A stretch of 64,000 bases of DNA from an uncultured Rickettsiales bacterium (lineage in GTDB: Bacteria > Myxococcota_A > UBA796 > UBA9615 > CAYRNR01): the NCBI GenBank assembly GCA_964436045.1, contig CAYTBN010000006.1:48300-112299 (forward strand), given 5' to 3'. Under the pieces are notes generated by a model. It did no database searches. It saw only the letters and a list, made by a program, of their open reading frames with translations, and was not told where the DNA came from. Both the position numbers and the translations under genes were made by a program. Each line of letters starts with the position of its first letter. The first letter of the stretch is position 1. Shown in pieces: positions 46,311-55,436 of the stretch.

Positions 46311-48908
46311 ATGCGCCGGACCATCGCAGCCATCGCCACCCTCGTCGCCGCGCTGCTCCTGGCCGGGGCCGTCCCCGAGACCGAGGAGCTGGACGGCCCC
46401 GCCCTGCTGGCGCGCGCCGCTCGTGCCGAGGCGGCCGGGGAGACCGCGGCGGCGCTCGCCGATCTGGATTCGGCGGTGGACCGCTACATCGCGCAGGAGA
46501 ACACGGCGGGCGAGCGGGTGGCGCGGGTGGCGCGCGGGCGCTGGCACGGCCGCCATGGGGCCCTGGCGGACGCCGTCGCCGAGCTGAAGATCGCGCTACC
46601 CCTCGCGGACGCCGGGGTGGATCGCCAGGCGCCGGTTGCCGTGCGGCTGTTGTTGGCCGAACTGCACCTGGAGCACGATCGCGTGGTCGACGCCCTCCCG
46701 TGGACCGACGCGGCGTTGATCGCGTCCGCCCAGTCCGGCGGCGGAGCCCTCGCCGGGCGGGCCTGCCTCATCCACCTGCGCACGACGGCGTCCGTCGACG
46801 ACAGCGACGCGGCACTGCTGGGGGCGCTGCAGCGCATGGATCTACGGCTGGCTTCATGGGCGGACTACCAGGGCCCGGCATCCCTGCCCGGGTTGCTGTT
46901 CGCCGCCGCCACCGAGTACCTCTCCGCCGGGGACCCGCCCCTGGCGGTGACGGGACTCGAGTTGACGATTCGATCGGCGGACATCCTCGGCGAGCCTGGA
47001 CAGCTGCCCCCCTTCCTCACCGCTCTCGGCTACGCAGCTCTCGAGGCGGATGACCTGGTCCGGTCCCGGTCCGCACTGGAGCGAGTGCTGTCCATCGAGG
47101 ACGGCGAGTCGGTGGCGGCGCTGGCCAGCTTGGCCGAGGTGGAGCGGCGGGAGGGCTGGCTCGGCGAGGCGCAGCGGCGGATCGACGAGGCCATCGAGTT
47201 CGCCCGCAGGGAGCGGGAGACCGGGGAGATCGGCCCGCTGCTCGGGCGCCGCGCCGACCTGCTCGCGCAACTCGGTCGCGGGGACGACGCCCGCCGCGAG
47301 TGGAGCCGCGCGGCCCGTCAGCTGGACGACGGTGGCGATCGCAGGGAGTGGATCCGCCAGCAGGTGCGATTGGCGGGCGCGATGGCGCGGGAGCGGCGCT
47401 GGGAGGAGGCGGAGGACCACGCCCTGCGATCGCTGGGTCGAAATCGCAACGCCCTCGGTTACACCGGGGCGCAGGTCAGTTACGCGGATCCCGGGCTGGC
47501 GGCCGAGGCGCTGCTGGTGATGGCCGCGATGCATGCCGCCCGCGAGCGGCTGGACGAGGCGCGTCAGGCCCTGGGCCAGGCCGATACGATCCTCGAACGC
47601 GAAGGGGTGGACTCCGGGCGTGGCCGGGTGGCGGCCGCCCGGATCACGCTGGAGTTGCTGGCCCGCGACCCCGAGGCCGCAGCGGCCGTGTTGGCGGCCC
47701 TGCCCCCCGATCTCGCCGACGCGCCGATCCTCCACCACGCCCGAGCGTGCCTCTCCCTGGAGCAGGGAGACACGGCGGCAGCCGAGCGACACCTGCGAGC
47801 GGCGCTCCCGTCGGACGCGGGCGTGGCGGCCTCCCCACCCTGGACCGCCCACCCGCCGTTGCTGCCAGCCGCCGGGGCATCGAGGGATGCCCTGATCGCC
47901 CTGCTGGCGGACCAGGGGCGGGGTCGCGAGCTGGTGGAGCAACTGCTGAGCGAGGGCTGGATCGCCGGCAGCTCGGCCCCCCTCCCCGCGTCGGAGATCC
48001 CGGTTCTGGGGGTGGTCCTGACCCGCGAGGGCGGGTGGACGGTGCTGGTGTCCGCTGAGCAGTCGTCGATCGTGCCCATCGAGTTGCCGCACCAGCAGCT
48101 GGAGGACGCGGTCCTGTTGCTGGCCGACCCGCCCGTGGCCGGAGCGCGCGCCAGGCAACTGGAAGACTGGAAGGGCGCCGGTGCGCTGCTGTACGACGCC
48201 CTGATCGGCCCCCACGAAGCCGGGCTGGCGGATCTGGACGGCGGCCGGCTGCTGTTCGCCCTCGATCCCACGCTGGCGAATCTCTCCGAGGCCGCGCTAT
48301 GGGACGGTGAAGCCCACCTGGTGGAGCGTTTTGTGTTGTCACGGTCCCCGGCGGGGGGGGCGGCGGCCGCGCCCTACGACGGCAAGCCTCGACTGCGGGA
48401 AGCGGAGGTCTTCGACGGTCTCCCCTCCGGCCCCTCGGCGTCGCTCCATATCCTGCAAGACAGGGTGCGCACCGCGGTGGTGCGGGAGGGACTGGCCGCC
48501 CTCAGCCACCCGGCAGACCCCCCCCCGCCGGTTCTCCATCTGGCCTGCGCGGTCAGGGTCCATCCGCTGGATCCGGTGCTCAGCCGGATGGTGCTGGGGG
48601 GGGACGTGGCCGACGCCGTGGCGGTGGTCGACTGGCATCCACGCCGACGCTGGACGGTCCTCGAGACGCCGGTCGCAGCGGGCACGGCGGCCAGCACCCG
48701 GACCCTCGCCGGGGCCCTGGTCGCCAGCGGTTCGCCCCACGTGTTGTTGCTCCCCGCGGGCCCGGAGCGAGCGCCGCTGTACAAGGCGTTGCTCAAGGCG
48801 ACGGATCGGCAGCCCCTCCCCGAGGCGCTCGCGAAGGCTCAACGTGCGCTGATCGCAGCCGGAGCGCCAGTCGAGGATTGGGCAGGTGTGGTCGTCGTCG
48901 GGTGGTGA
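46311..48908 (+). CDS. TPR-like helical-repeat protein with a C-terminal CHAT-like domain (apparently lacking the catalytic residues)
   Basis: 865 aa with a signal-like N-terminus. The C-terminus VLHLACAVRVHP...WTVLETPVAAG...LAGALVASGSPHVLL...EALAKAQRAL...EDWAGVVVVGW parallels the CHAT consensus. Confidence 0.65.
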   Translation: MRRTIAAIATLVAALLLAGAVPETEELDGPALLARAARAEAAGETAAALADLDSAVDRYIAQENTAGERVARVARGRWHGRHGALADAVAELKIALPLADAGVDRQAPVAVRLLLAELHLEHDRVVDALPWTDAALIASAQSGGGALAGRACLIHLRTTASVDDSDAALLGALQRMDLRLASWADYQGPASLPGLLFAAATEYLSAGDPPLAVTGLELTIRSADILGEPGQLPPFLTALGYAALEADDLVRSRSALERVLSIEDGESVAALASLAEVERREGWLGEAQRRIDEAIEFARRERETGEIGPLLGRRADLLAQLGRGDDARREWSRAARQLDDGGDRREWIRQQVRLAGAMARERRWEEAEDHALRSLGRNRNALGYTGAQVSYADPGLAAEALLVMAAMHAARERLDEARQALGQADTILEREGVDSGRGRVAAARITLELLARDPEAAAAVLAALPPDLADAPILHHARACLSLEQGDTAAAERHLRAALPSDAGVAASPPWTAHPPLLPAAGASRDALIALLADQGRGRELVEQLLSEGWIAGSSAPLPASEIPVLGVVLTREGGWTVLVSAEQSSIVPIELPHQQLEDAVLLLADPPVAGARARQLEDWKGAGALLYDALIGPHEAGLADLDGGRLLFALDPTLANLSEAALWDGEAHLVERFVLSRSPAGGAAAAPYDGKPRLREAEVFDGLPSGPSASLHILQDRVRTAVVREGLAALSHPADPPPPVLHLACAVRVHPLDPVLSRMVLGGDVADAVAVVDWHPRRRWTVLETPVAAGTAASTRTLAGALVASGSPHVLLLPAGPERAPLYKALLKATDRQPLPEALAKAQRALIAAGAPVEDWAGVVVVGW

Positions 48909-48915
48909 GGCGTGC

Positions 48916-50784
48916 TCAGTCTTCCAGGTGACGGATCCGGCCGACCGTGGAGCCGGGGAACTGGGCCTGGATCTTGTCGACGGCGGGGTGGGATCGCGCC
49001 CGCTCTTCGCGAGCTTTCCGGCGCGCGGTCGTGTCGGCGCGGACCTGCTCGCCGGGGCTCAGCGGACCCGCGTCGTCTTCGCTGACCTCCTCGCAGACCA
49101 CTCGAACGCCCGCGCCGAAGAACGCCGTCAACGCCTTCTGACCCCGCGCCGAGGCCAGCTTCTTGACCGCCATCTGGTGAACGGACGGCTTGGGGAAGCC
49201 CAGGATCAGCTCCTCGCCATCCACCCGCCGGAATCGGCCTTCGCTCAGGATCGCGGCGGTGCTCCCGCTGACCGACTCGACGAACGCCGCCCAGCCGGTG
49301 GCGTCGAGGGCGGCCCGGGGCTCTGCGGGGGCCGGAGGCTCCTCGATCGGTGGCGGCACCTCCGCCTTGGGGGGCGGCGGCTCCTCCACCACGGGGGGCG
49401 GCGGCACCTCCGCCTTGGGGGGCGGCGGCTCCTCTACCACGGGGGGCGGCGGCACTTCCGCCTTGGGGGGCGGCTCCTCCACCTTGGGGGGCGTCGGCTC
49501 CTTGGCGATGGGCGGCGGCCGCGTAGCTGTTCGCGCCGGTCGCGGCTCGGGGGCCGTACGCTTGGCGGGGGCGGGCCTCGACGCGGGCCTCGACGCGGGC
49601 CTCGACGCCGGCGCCGAGCGGGTACCCACGCGGCCGCTCATCAGCCGCCGTTCCAGCTCGAGCAGGCGTTCCACCAGGGTGTCGACGGGCACGAAGGGTC
49701 GCACGCGTGACATCCGGATCAATGCCATCTCCAGCACCAGGTCCGGCGTGTCGCTGCGGGCGATCTCGTCGGTGGCGCTGGACAGGAGGTCGAAGCGCCG
49801 CTGGACCGCCTCGACGCCAGCCTGGCGGGCCAGGGCGCCCAGGGCCTCGGTCTCCTCGATGGGCAGGTCGATCAGGCGGGCGGTGTCTTCCAGCAGCGTG
49901 GCCACCGTGGCGTGACGCAACAGGGTCAACAGCTCGTTGGCCAGGCTGCGCGAGTCCACGCCGAACTGGGTGATCTCGGCGTAGGTCCGCAGCACGACGT
50001 CCGACTCGCCGTCGATCACCGCGCGCAGTAGCTCATGGAGCAGCTTGCGGTCGACCAGGCCCAGGATCTCGGCCGCCCGGTCCGCGGTGATCGGCCCGTC
50101 GGCGAAGGACAGCACCTGGTCCAGCAGGCTCTGGCCATCCCGCATCGACCCGGCCGCCTCGCGGGCGATGGGCATCAGCACGGACTCGGGGATGTCCAGC
50201 CCCTCCTGCTCGCAGATCTGGTGCAGGCGTTCGTAGATCGTCCGCTGCCGCAGCATCTTGAAGTCGAAGCGCTGGCAACGGCTGAGCACGGTCTCCGGGA
50301 TCTTCTGCGGCTCGGTCGTCGCGAAGACGAAGATGACGTGCTCCGGGGGTTCCTCCAGGGTCTTCAGCAGGGCGTTGAACGCCTGCTGGGTGACCATGTG
50401 GACCTCGTCGATGATGTAGATGCGGTACTTGCTCTTGGACGGCAGGTAGCGAACGGTCTCGATCAGATCGCGGATGTCGTCGACCCGGTTGTTCGAGGCC
50501 CCGTCGATCTCCGTGACGTCCGGATGTCCGCCGCGGGTGATCTCCAGGCAGTTCTCACACTCGTTGCAGGGGTTGACGGCCGGCCCCTGCTCGCAGTTGA
50601 GCGCCTTGGCCAGGATCCTCGCGGCCGTCGTCTTGCCCACGCCGCGGGTGCCGCAGAACAGGAACGCGTGGTGGATCCGGCCCAGCCGGATGGCGTTCTG
50701 CAGCGTCTGGGTGACGTGGGGCTGGCCGACCACTTCTTCGAAGCGCTGGGGTCGGCATCGGCGGGCTATCGCCTGGTAGGTCAT
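48916..50784 (-). CDS. dnaX: DNA polymerase III subunit gamma/tau
   Basis: YRPQRFEEVVGQ, Walker A GTRGVGKTT, Zn module CNECENC, DEVHM, and a Pro-rich repeat linker. Confidence 0.95.
   Translation of the reverse strand: MTYQAIARRCRPQRFEEVVGQPHVTQTLQNAIRLGRIHHAFLFCGTRGVGKTTAARILAKALNCEQGPAVNPCNECENCLEITRGGHPDVTEIDGASNNRVDDIRDLIETVRYLPSKSKYRIYIIDEVHMVTQQAFNALLKTLEEPPEHVIFVFATTEPQKIPETVLSRCQRFDFKMLRQRTIYERLHQICEQEGLDIPESVLMPIAREAAGSMRDGQSLLDQVLSFADGPITADRAAEILGLVDRKLLHELLRAVIDGESDVVLRTYAEITQFGVDSRSLANELLTLLRHATVATLLEDTARLIDLPIEETEALGALARQAGVEAVQRRFDLLSSATDEIARSDTPDLVLEMALIRMSRVRPFVPVDTLVERLLELERRLMSGRVGTRSAPASRPASRPASRPAPAKRTAPEPRPARTATRPPPIAKEPTPPKVEEPPPKAEVPPPPVVEEPPPPKAEVPPPPVVEEPPPPKAEVPPPIEEPPAPAEPRAALDATGWAAFVESVSGSTAAILSEGRFRRVDGEELILGFPKPSVHQMAVKKLASARGQKALTAFFGAGVRVVCEEVSEDDAGPLSPGEQVRADTTARRKAREERARSHPAVDKIQAQFPGSTVGRIRHLED
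49352..49490 (-). repeat. 48-nt in-frame tandem repeat (about 2.9 units) in the dnaX linker
   Basis: Plus-strand unit starts at 49352, 49400 and 49448. It encodes the PPKAEVPPPPVVEEPP repeats. Confidence 0.8.
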
Positions 50785-50807
50785 CGGTCGCCCATCCGTG
50801 GGTACGA

Positions 50808-50912
50808 GGGATGGCTGGGTTGAACCGGAAGCCCCGGAGTACCAGCTACCGTTGCTTCCTTTCGGACCTGGCGGAGTTCACCGGCTCCAGTCTCCCGGGA
50901 CCCAGCCATCCC
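50808..50912 (-). ncRNA. ffs: Small bacterial SRP RNA (4.5S type)
   Basis: The minus strand contains CCAGGTCCGAAAGGAAGCAAC, the conserved domain IV motif. Terminal helix GGGATGGCTGGGT / ACCCAGCCATCCC. Length 105 nt. The tadA-ffs-dnaX order is as known from Bacillus. Confidence 0.8.
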
Positions 50913-50934
50913 GCCTACCCACGGTCGTGTCGCC

Positions 50935-51022
<88 letters not shown>

Positions 51023-51069
51023 AGCGGCGCACTGCTCGGAATGTCTCCCTGCCTGCGGGCAAAGTCAAG

Positions 51070-51157
<88 letters not shown>

Positions 51158-51179
51158 ACGGACCTTGCCCGCGGGACAA

Positions 51180-51662
51180 CTACGGATGACCGCTCTTCTT
51201 TCGCCGCAATCGCGCGAAGAACGAGCGTAGCAAGTTCGCCGCGTCCCCGGCCATCACCCCACCGACGATCTCGATCCGGTGGTTGAGACGTTCGTCGTCT
51301 CCCAGCTGGAAGAGGGTGTCGGCGGCGCCGGCCTTGGGATCGGTACAGCCGTACACGATCCGCGGGATCCGGGCCTGGAGCGCGGCGCCCATGCACATGG
51401 CGCAGGGTTCCAGCGTCACGTACAGCGTCGCGTCCTCGAGCCGCCAGCGGGTGGGCGAGTCCGGTCCCGTCGCGCGCCGGATGGCCAGCATCTCGGCGTG
51501 GTCGGTCGGATCGCCGCTGCGCTCCCGCGCGTTGCGCCCCAGCGATACCACCTGCCCGTCACGGACGAGGACGGCGCCGACGGGGACTTCACCCTCTGCG
51601 GCGGCCTTGCGGGCCTCCGCCAGGGCGTGGCTCATGAAGGTGCGATCATCCTGTTCTGTCAT
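51180..51662 (-). CDS. tadA: tRNA adenosine(34) deaminase
   Basis: 160 aa. Zinc-ligand motifs HAEMLAI and PCAMCMGA. Confidence 0.92.
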   Translation of the reverse strand: MTEQDDRTFMSHALAEARKAAAEGEVPVGAVLVRDGQVVSLGRNARERSGDPTDHAEMLAIRRATGPDSPTRWRLEDATLYVTLEPCAMCMGAALQARIPRIVYGCTDPKAGAADTLFQLGDDERLNHRIEIVGGVMAGDAANLLRSFFARLRRKKSGHP

Positions 51663-51763
51663 TCAAGGAACGTGCCCGTCAAAGCGGAGGATGGATACCC
51701 AAACAGGGGGCGGAGTGTCAAGCAGCACGCCAGCGAATCTCGGGCTCAGAGGTTGACAGCCTC

Positions 51764-52678
51764 TCAGTCCATCCGGATCAGGCCCATGCCCTTGGCCCGC
51801 GAGAGCAGCTGATAGAGGCTGCCGGGGGCCAGGTCCGGCAGGGCCGAATCCAGGTCCCGCAGGGGGGTCTTGCCATCCATCCGGCACAGCAGTTGCCCCA
51901 TCAGCGGGTCGGTCACCAGCTCGGTGATCTCGCCCAGGCTGACGGTCAGCCGCGGCATGGAGTCGGGACCGGCGCCGGGGAAGTAGGCGTGGATCACCCG
52001 CGCCATCAGCTCCTCGTAGCGTTCGTCGAGTTGGCTGTCGGCCGGGGTCATCTTGCGCAGGGTCGAGATGGTGGTCAGCGCCTCGTCCAGCTTGCCCTGG
52101 AGCAGCAGATGGTTGGCCTCGGTGCGCAGGGGATCGTCCTCGACGCTGCTCTCCCCCGGCCCGAAGGACAGGGTGTCGACCGCCGAGAGTTCCTGGTCGT
52201 CATCGGGCAGGCTCGCGACCGCGTCCTGGGGTGGGAGCGGCTTCTCCGGCTCGGGGATCTGGGGCATCGGATCGTCGGGGTCGCCGTACTCGTCGAAGGA
52301 GTCCCCGAGCAGATCGTTGATGGAGTCGTCCGGCAACGAATCCGGGTCGATGGAATCGTCGAGATCGAGATCCTCGGGCCGGAAACGGCCGGTGGAAGTC
52401 CAGCCCTGGTCGCCCTCGCCGGGTGTGAACGGATCCTCCACCGTGCTCTCGTCTGCGGAATCCTGCGCGGGCTCGTCCTCCCCCTCGCCCAGGTCGTCCA
52501 GCGGGACCTCTTCCTCCAGATCGATCTCGAGGCCCTCCCCGTCGACCAGGGCTTCGTCGACCTCGATGTCAGCGTCGTCGCCCGCCTTCGCACCCCCGGC
52601 GGCCGCGTCCTGGGTCTCCGGCGCCCGGGGCCCCGTGCCCTGGTCACGACCTTTCTTTGCGGGCTTTCCCTGGGCCAC
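51764..52678 (-). CDS. Highly acidic hypothetical protein with a small C-terminal globular domain
   Basis: GTG 52678 follows an AAGGAGG SD. The central region is D/E/P-rich. No family recognised. Confidence 0.55.
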   Translation of the reverse strand: MAQGKPAKKGRDQGTGPRAPETQDAAAGGAKAGDDADIEVDEALVDGEGLEIDLEEEVPLDDLGEGEDEPAQDSADESTVEDPFTPGEGDQGWTSTGRFRPEDLDLDDSIDPDSLPDDSINDLLGDSFDEYGDPDDPMPQIPEPEKPLPPQDAVASLPDDDQELSAVDTLSFGPGESSVEDDPLRTEANHLLLQGKLDEALTTISTLRKMTPADSQLDERYEELMARVIHAYFPGAGPDSMPRLTVSLGEITELVTDPLMGQLLCRMDGKTPLRDLDSALPDLAPGSLYQLLSRAKGMGLIRMD

Positions 52679-52733
52679 CTGGCGGTCCTCCTTCGCGGCA
52701 ATGTACCAGTTGCTTCGCCCACCCGCGAGACCC

Positions 52734-52762
52734 TTGACAGTACACGGGGCGCTCCCTACCAT
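52734..52762 (+). promoter_or_regulatory. Candidate sigma-70-type promoter (TTGACA-17-TACCAT)
   Basis: A perfect -35 at 52734-52739, a 17-nt spacer, and a 4-of-6 -10 at 52757-52762. It lies about 60 nt before ATG 52822. Confidence 0.35.
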
Positions 52763-52821
52763 CCCCCGGCTCCCAGGGAGAGCGAGAACGCCCGGATCGC
52801 CGGGCACGAGAGGTCGGCACC

Positions 52822-52995
52822 ATGGCCAACACCAAGAACCTGGATCGAACCGCCCGCAAGACCGCCAAGCGCACCGCCCGCCGGGCGCTCAAGGATCGCT
52901 TCGCCGCGCTGACCCTCAAGGACCGCAAAGCGTTGCGCAAGTACGAGGGGACGCTGTCTGCGTTCCTGCGCGAGAAGGAAGCGGGCGAAGGCTAG
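52822..52995 (+). CDS. Small basic protein, 57 aa (below the ORF-track cutoff)
   Basis: MANTKNLDRTARKTAKRTARRALKDRFAALTLKDRKALRKYEGTLSAFLREKEAGEG. Third-position G/C is very high, as in the flanking genes. A GAGAGG SD-like element lies upstream. Confidence 0.5.
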   Translation: MANTKNLDRTARKTAKRTARRALKDRFAALTLKDRKALRKYEGTLSAFLREKEAGEG

Positions 52996-53127
52996 CTGAG
53001 GGACGCGATTTTCCCGCCACCGGCCTACCCCTTTCCGACACAATCGGGTCTGATCGAATAACCGGTGCAGCTGGCGAGTTCTAGCTGCCGGGGGACCGGT
53101 GCACCCGACCGCCCGAGGGAGGCAGCT

Positions 53128-55428
53128 GTGGGTAGGCCCGAGCGCACGCACTACTGCTCGTACTGTCTGCACTACCTCGACGAGATCGACGACTTCTGCC
53201 CCCACACACCCTGCGGCCGCACCCGCCCCGCCACCGGCTGGGCGTATTTCTTCGAGTCCGGTGAGAGCATCGATGGCCGTTTTCGCATCCGGCGCCGGCT
53301 GGGCGCGGGCGGCGCGGGCGTCACCTATCGCTCCATCGACCTGGTGGCCGACGACCCCGAGATGCGGGACGTGGCGCTCAAGGTCCTCCACCACGATCGG
53401 GGACAGGGCATCCTCAGGGATCGGCTGCGCCTCGAGGGCGAGGTGCTGCGGCGTCTGGATCACCCCAACGTGGTGTCCTTCCGCGAGCTCAAGGTGGACG
53501 GCGCCGAGCCCTACTATCTGGCCACCGGGTTCATGCCGGGGGGCAGCCTGGACGACGTGCTGCGCGCCCAGACTAAGCTGTCCGCCCGCAGCGTGCTGGT
53601 GGTGGGCGCCCAGATCGCCCGCGCGCTGGCCACGGCCCACGCCATCGGGGTGATCCACCGGGACCTGAAGCCGGCCAACATCCTGGTGCGGGACATCAAC
53701 GAGTACCCGCTGGTGATCCGGGTGGCGGACTGGGGAATCGCCCGCGCCTTCCCGGAGCTCGTTCCCCGCCGCCACGTGACCATCCAGGGCGGATTCGTCG
53801 GGACCCCGGAGTTCGCCTCCCCCGAGCAGCTGCGCGGCGAGCCCACGGTCGGCCCGCCGACCGACGTCTTCGGCCTGGGCGTGCTGCTCCACACCCTGGC
53901 TGGCGGCCAACCGATTCGCGACCTGGTGGCTCGCGGGGTCGTCGACTTCAACAAGCTGCGCGAAGGAGCCTCGCGCTACGAGCGGGTTCCCCTCTCCCTG
54001 GCCGCGGCGGGCGAGGCGCACATGCCGTTGCTGGACGAACTCCTCGACCAGCTGATCACCCGATCCCCCGACGCCCGTCCCGACGCGGAGACCGTCGCGG
54101 CGTACTGCGACGAGCTGATCGAGGCGGGGGACACCACCCCGCAGCGGCCGCTGGATTCATCCGCACTGCCCGCGTTGACGCCGTCGGCCGCCTTCGACGC
54201 CTCGCGGGAAGAGCTGTTCCTGCCAGCCGATGCCGGGACTGCCAAGCCCCTGCGACTGGGCAGCGAGGAGGCCCCACCACCACCCTCCCCGGTCACCGTG
54301 GAGATCGAGAACCCAGCGCCGCTGCCGACCCCGCCCGACGAAGAGGTGCCCTGGCCGCGGGCCGACGAGGTGGCGTTTGCGGCGCCGACGGCGGTCCCGG
54401 AAGACGCCGAGAGTCTGCCGGCGGTCCGTGTGCTCGAGGAAGGTGTCGGACCCGCGGAGCCCGTGCTGCTCAGGGAGCCGTCGCCGGAGACCCGGGCCAT
54501 CCGTGCCGAGCCGTCCCCGATCAACGAACCCTTGCCCCGGCGGCGGACCGGTCTGCTGTGGGTGGCCGCGCTGTCCCTGCTGGCGCTGGTGCTGTGCGCC
54601 GGGCTGGCCGCCCTCGCGTTCGGTCCGGCCGCCATCGACCAGCTGGCGTTCCTCGGCTCCGTCGACCGCGAACTTCCGTCCGGGCTGGACGACGGCCGGA
54701 TCTCGGCCAGCGGCCGCCGTCAGGGGGCCCCCACGCCGCCGCGGGCTGCCGACGGTTCCCTGCGCGACCCGCCCGAAGCCGGGCAAGAGGAGGAGGCGGT
54801 CGTGCCGGTCGAGGGGGGCAGCCGCCGCGCGACACACTCCGCTCCCGCGGCGGTCCCCTCCACGGGGGTTGCCGAGGCGGGAACCGGCGATCTCGCCCTG
54901 TCGCCCGACGCCGTCGATACCCCCGCGCCCGCCGAGGGCGTGGTGGTCGACCACGGCACCGATCCCAGTGCTGGAAGTGACCCGGTGGGTCGGACGGGCG
55001 AGGGGGGAAGCCTCTGGGCCACCCGGCCGGGGGCGCCGCGGCCCTGGCCCACCGACTACCGCTCCCGCCGACAGCACGAGATCAGCCGCCCCTCCAAGGC
55101 GGGCCGCGCCCGCCGGGACGGGCGGCGAGATGGCCGCGTCGGCGATGGGGGCGAGGCCGGCAAGCTCCGCGGCCGCGACGAGAGCCCGTCGGCCGGCGAG
55201 CCCCCGGCGTCCGAAGAGGCCGAGGTGACCGGCGGCAAGACCGCGGCGGAAAGCGGGGACGCCCCCGCCCCCGCCGAAGGCGTGGTCGTACCGGCGGGCA
55301 AGCGCGGTGCCATCGACCCAGCAGGGGACGAGAGCCCGGCGGACGAGCCGGAGACGGCGGGGGAGCCCGGGGACAGCGAGCCGGCCGGCGAGGGGGACGG
55401 GGGCTCGGGGGGCGGCAAGTCCGGCTGA
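53128..55428 (+). CDS. Ser/Thr protein kinase with an N-terminal zinc-ribbon, a TM segment and a low-complexity exported tail
   Basis: GTG 53128 follows a GAGGGAGG SD. YCSYC...CPHTPC, GAGGAGVTY, VALKVL, HRDLKPANILV, GTPEFASPEQ, and TM segment LLWVAALSLLALVLCAGLAALAF. Confidence 0.9.
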   Translation: MGRPERTHYCSYCLHYLDEIDDFCPHTPCGRTRPATGWAYFFESGESIDGRFRIRRRLGAGGAGVTYRSIDLVADDPEMRDVALKVLHHDRGQGILRDRLRLEGEVLRRLDHPNVVSFRELKVDGAEPYYLATGFMPGGSLDDVLRAQTKLSARSVLVVGAQIARALATAHAIGVIHRDLKPANILVRDINEYPLVIRVADWGIARAFPELVPRRHVTIQGGFVGTPEFASPEQLRGEPTVGPPTDVFGLGVLLHTLAGGQPIRDLVARGVVDFNKLREGASRYERVPLSLAAAGEAHMPLLDELLDQLITRSPDARPDAETVAAYCDELIEAGDTTPQRPLDSSALPALTPSAAFDASREELFLPADAGTAKPLRLGSEEAPPPPSPVTVEIENPAPLPTPPDEEVPWPRADEVAFAAPTAVPEDAESLPAVRVLEEGVGPAEPVLLREPSPETRAIRAEPSPINEPLPRRRTGLLWVAALSLLALVLCAGLAALAFGPAAIDQLAFLGSVDRELPSGLDDGRISASGRRQGAPTPPRAADGSLRDPPEAGQEEEAVVPVEGGSRRATHSAPAAVPSTGVAEAGTGDLALSPDAVDTPAPAEGVVVDHGTDPSAGSDPVGRTGEGGSLWATRPGAPRPWPTDYRSRRQHEISRPSKAGRARRDGRRDGRVGDGGEAGKLRGRDESPSAGEPPASEEAEVTGGKTAAESGDAPAPAEGVVVPAGKRGAIDPAGDESPADEPETAGEPGDSEPAGEGDGGSGGGKSG

Positions 55429-55436
55429 TCCCCCGA

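Noticed and set aside
48916-50784. A programmed frameshift site in dnaX, the gamma/tau split known from E. coli.
   Set aside because: I did not see an A-AAA-AAG-type slippery heptamer or an A-run in the gene.
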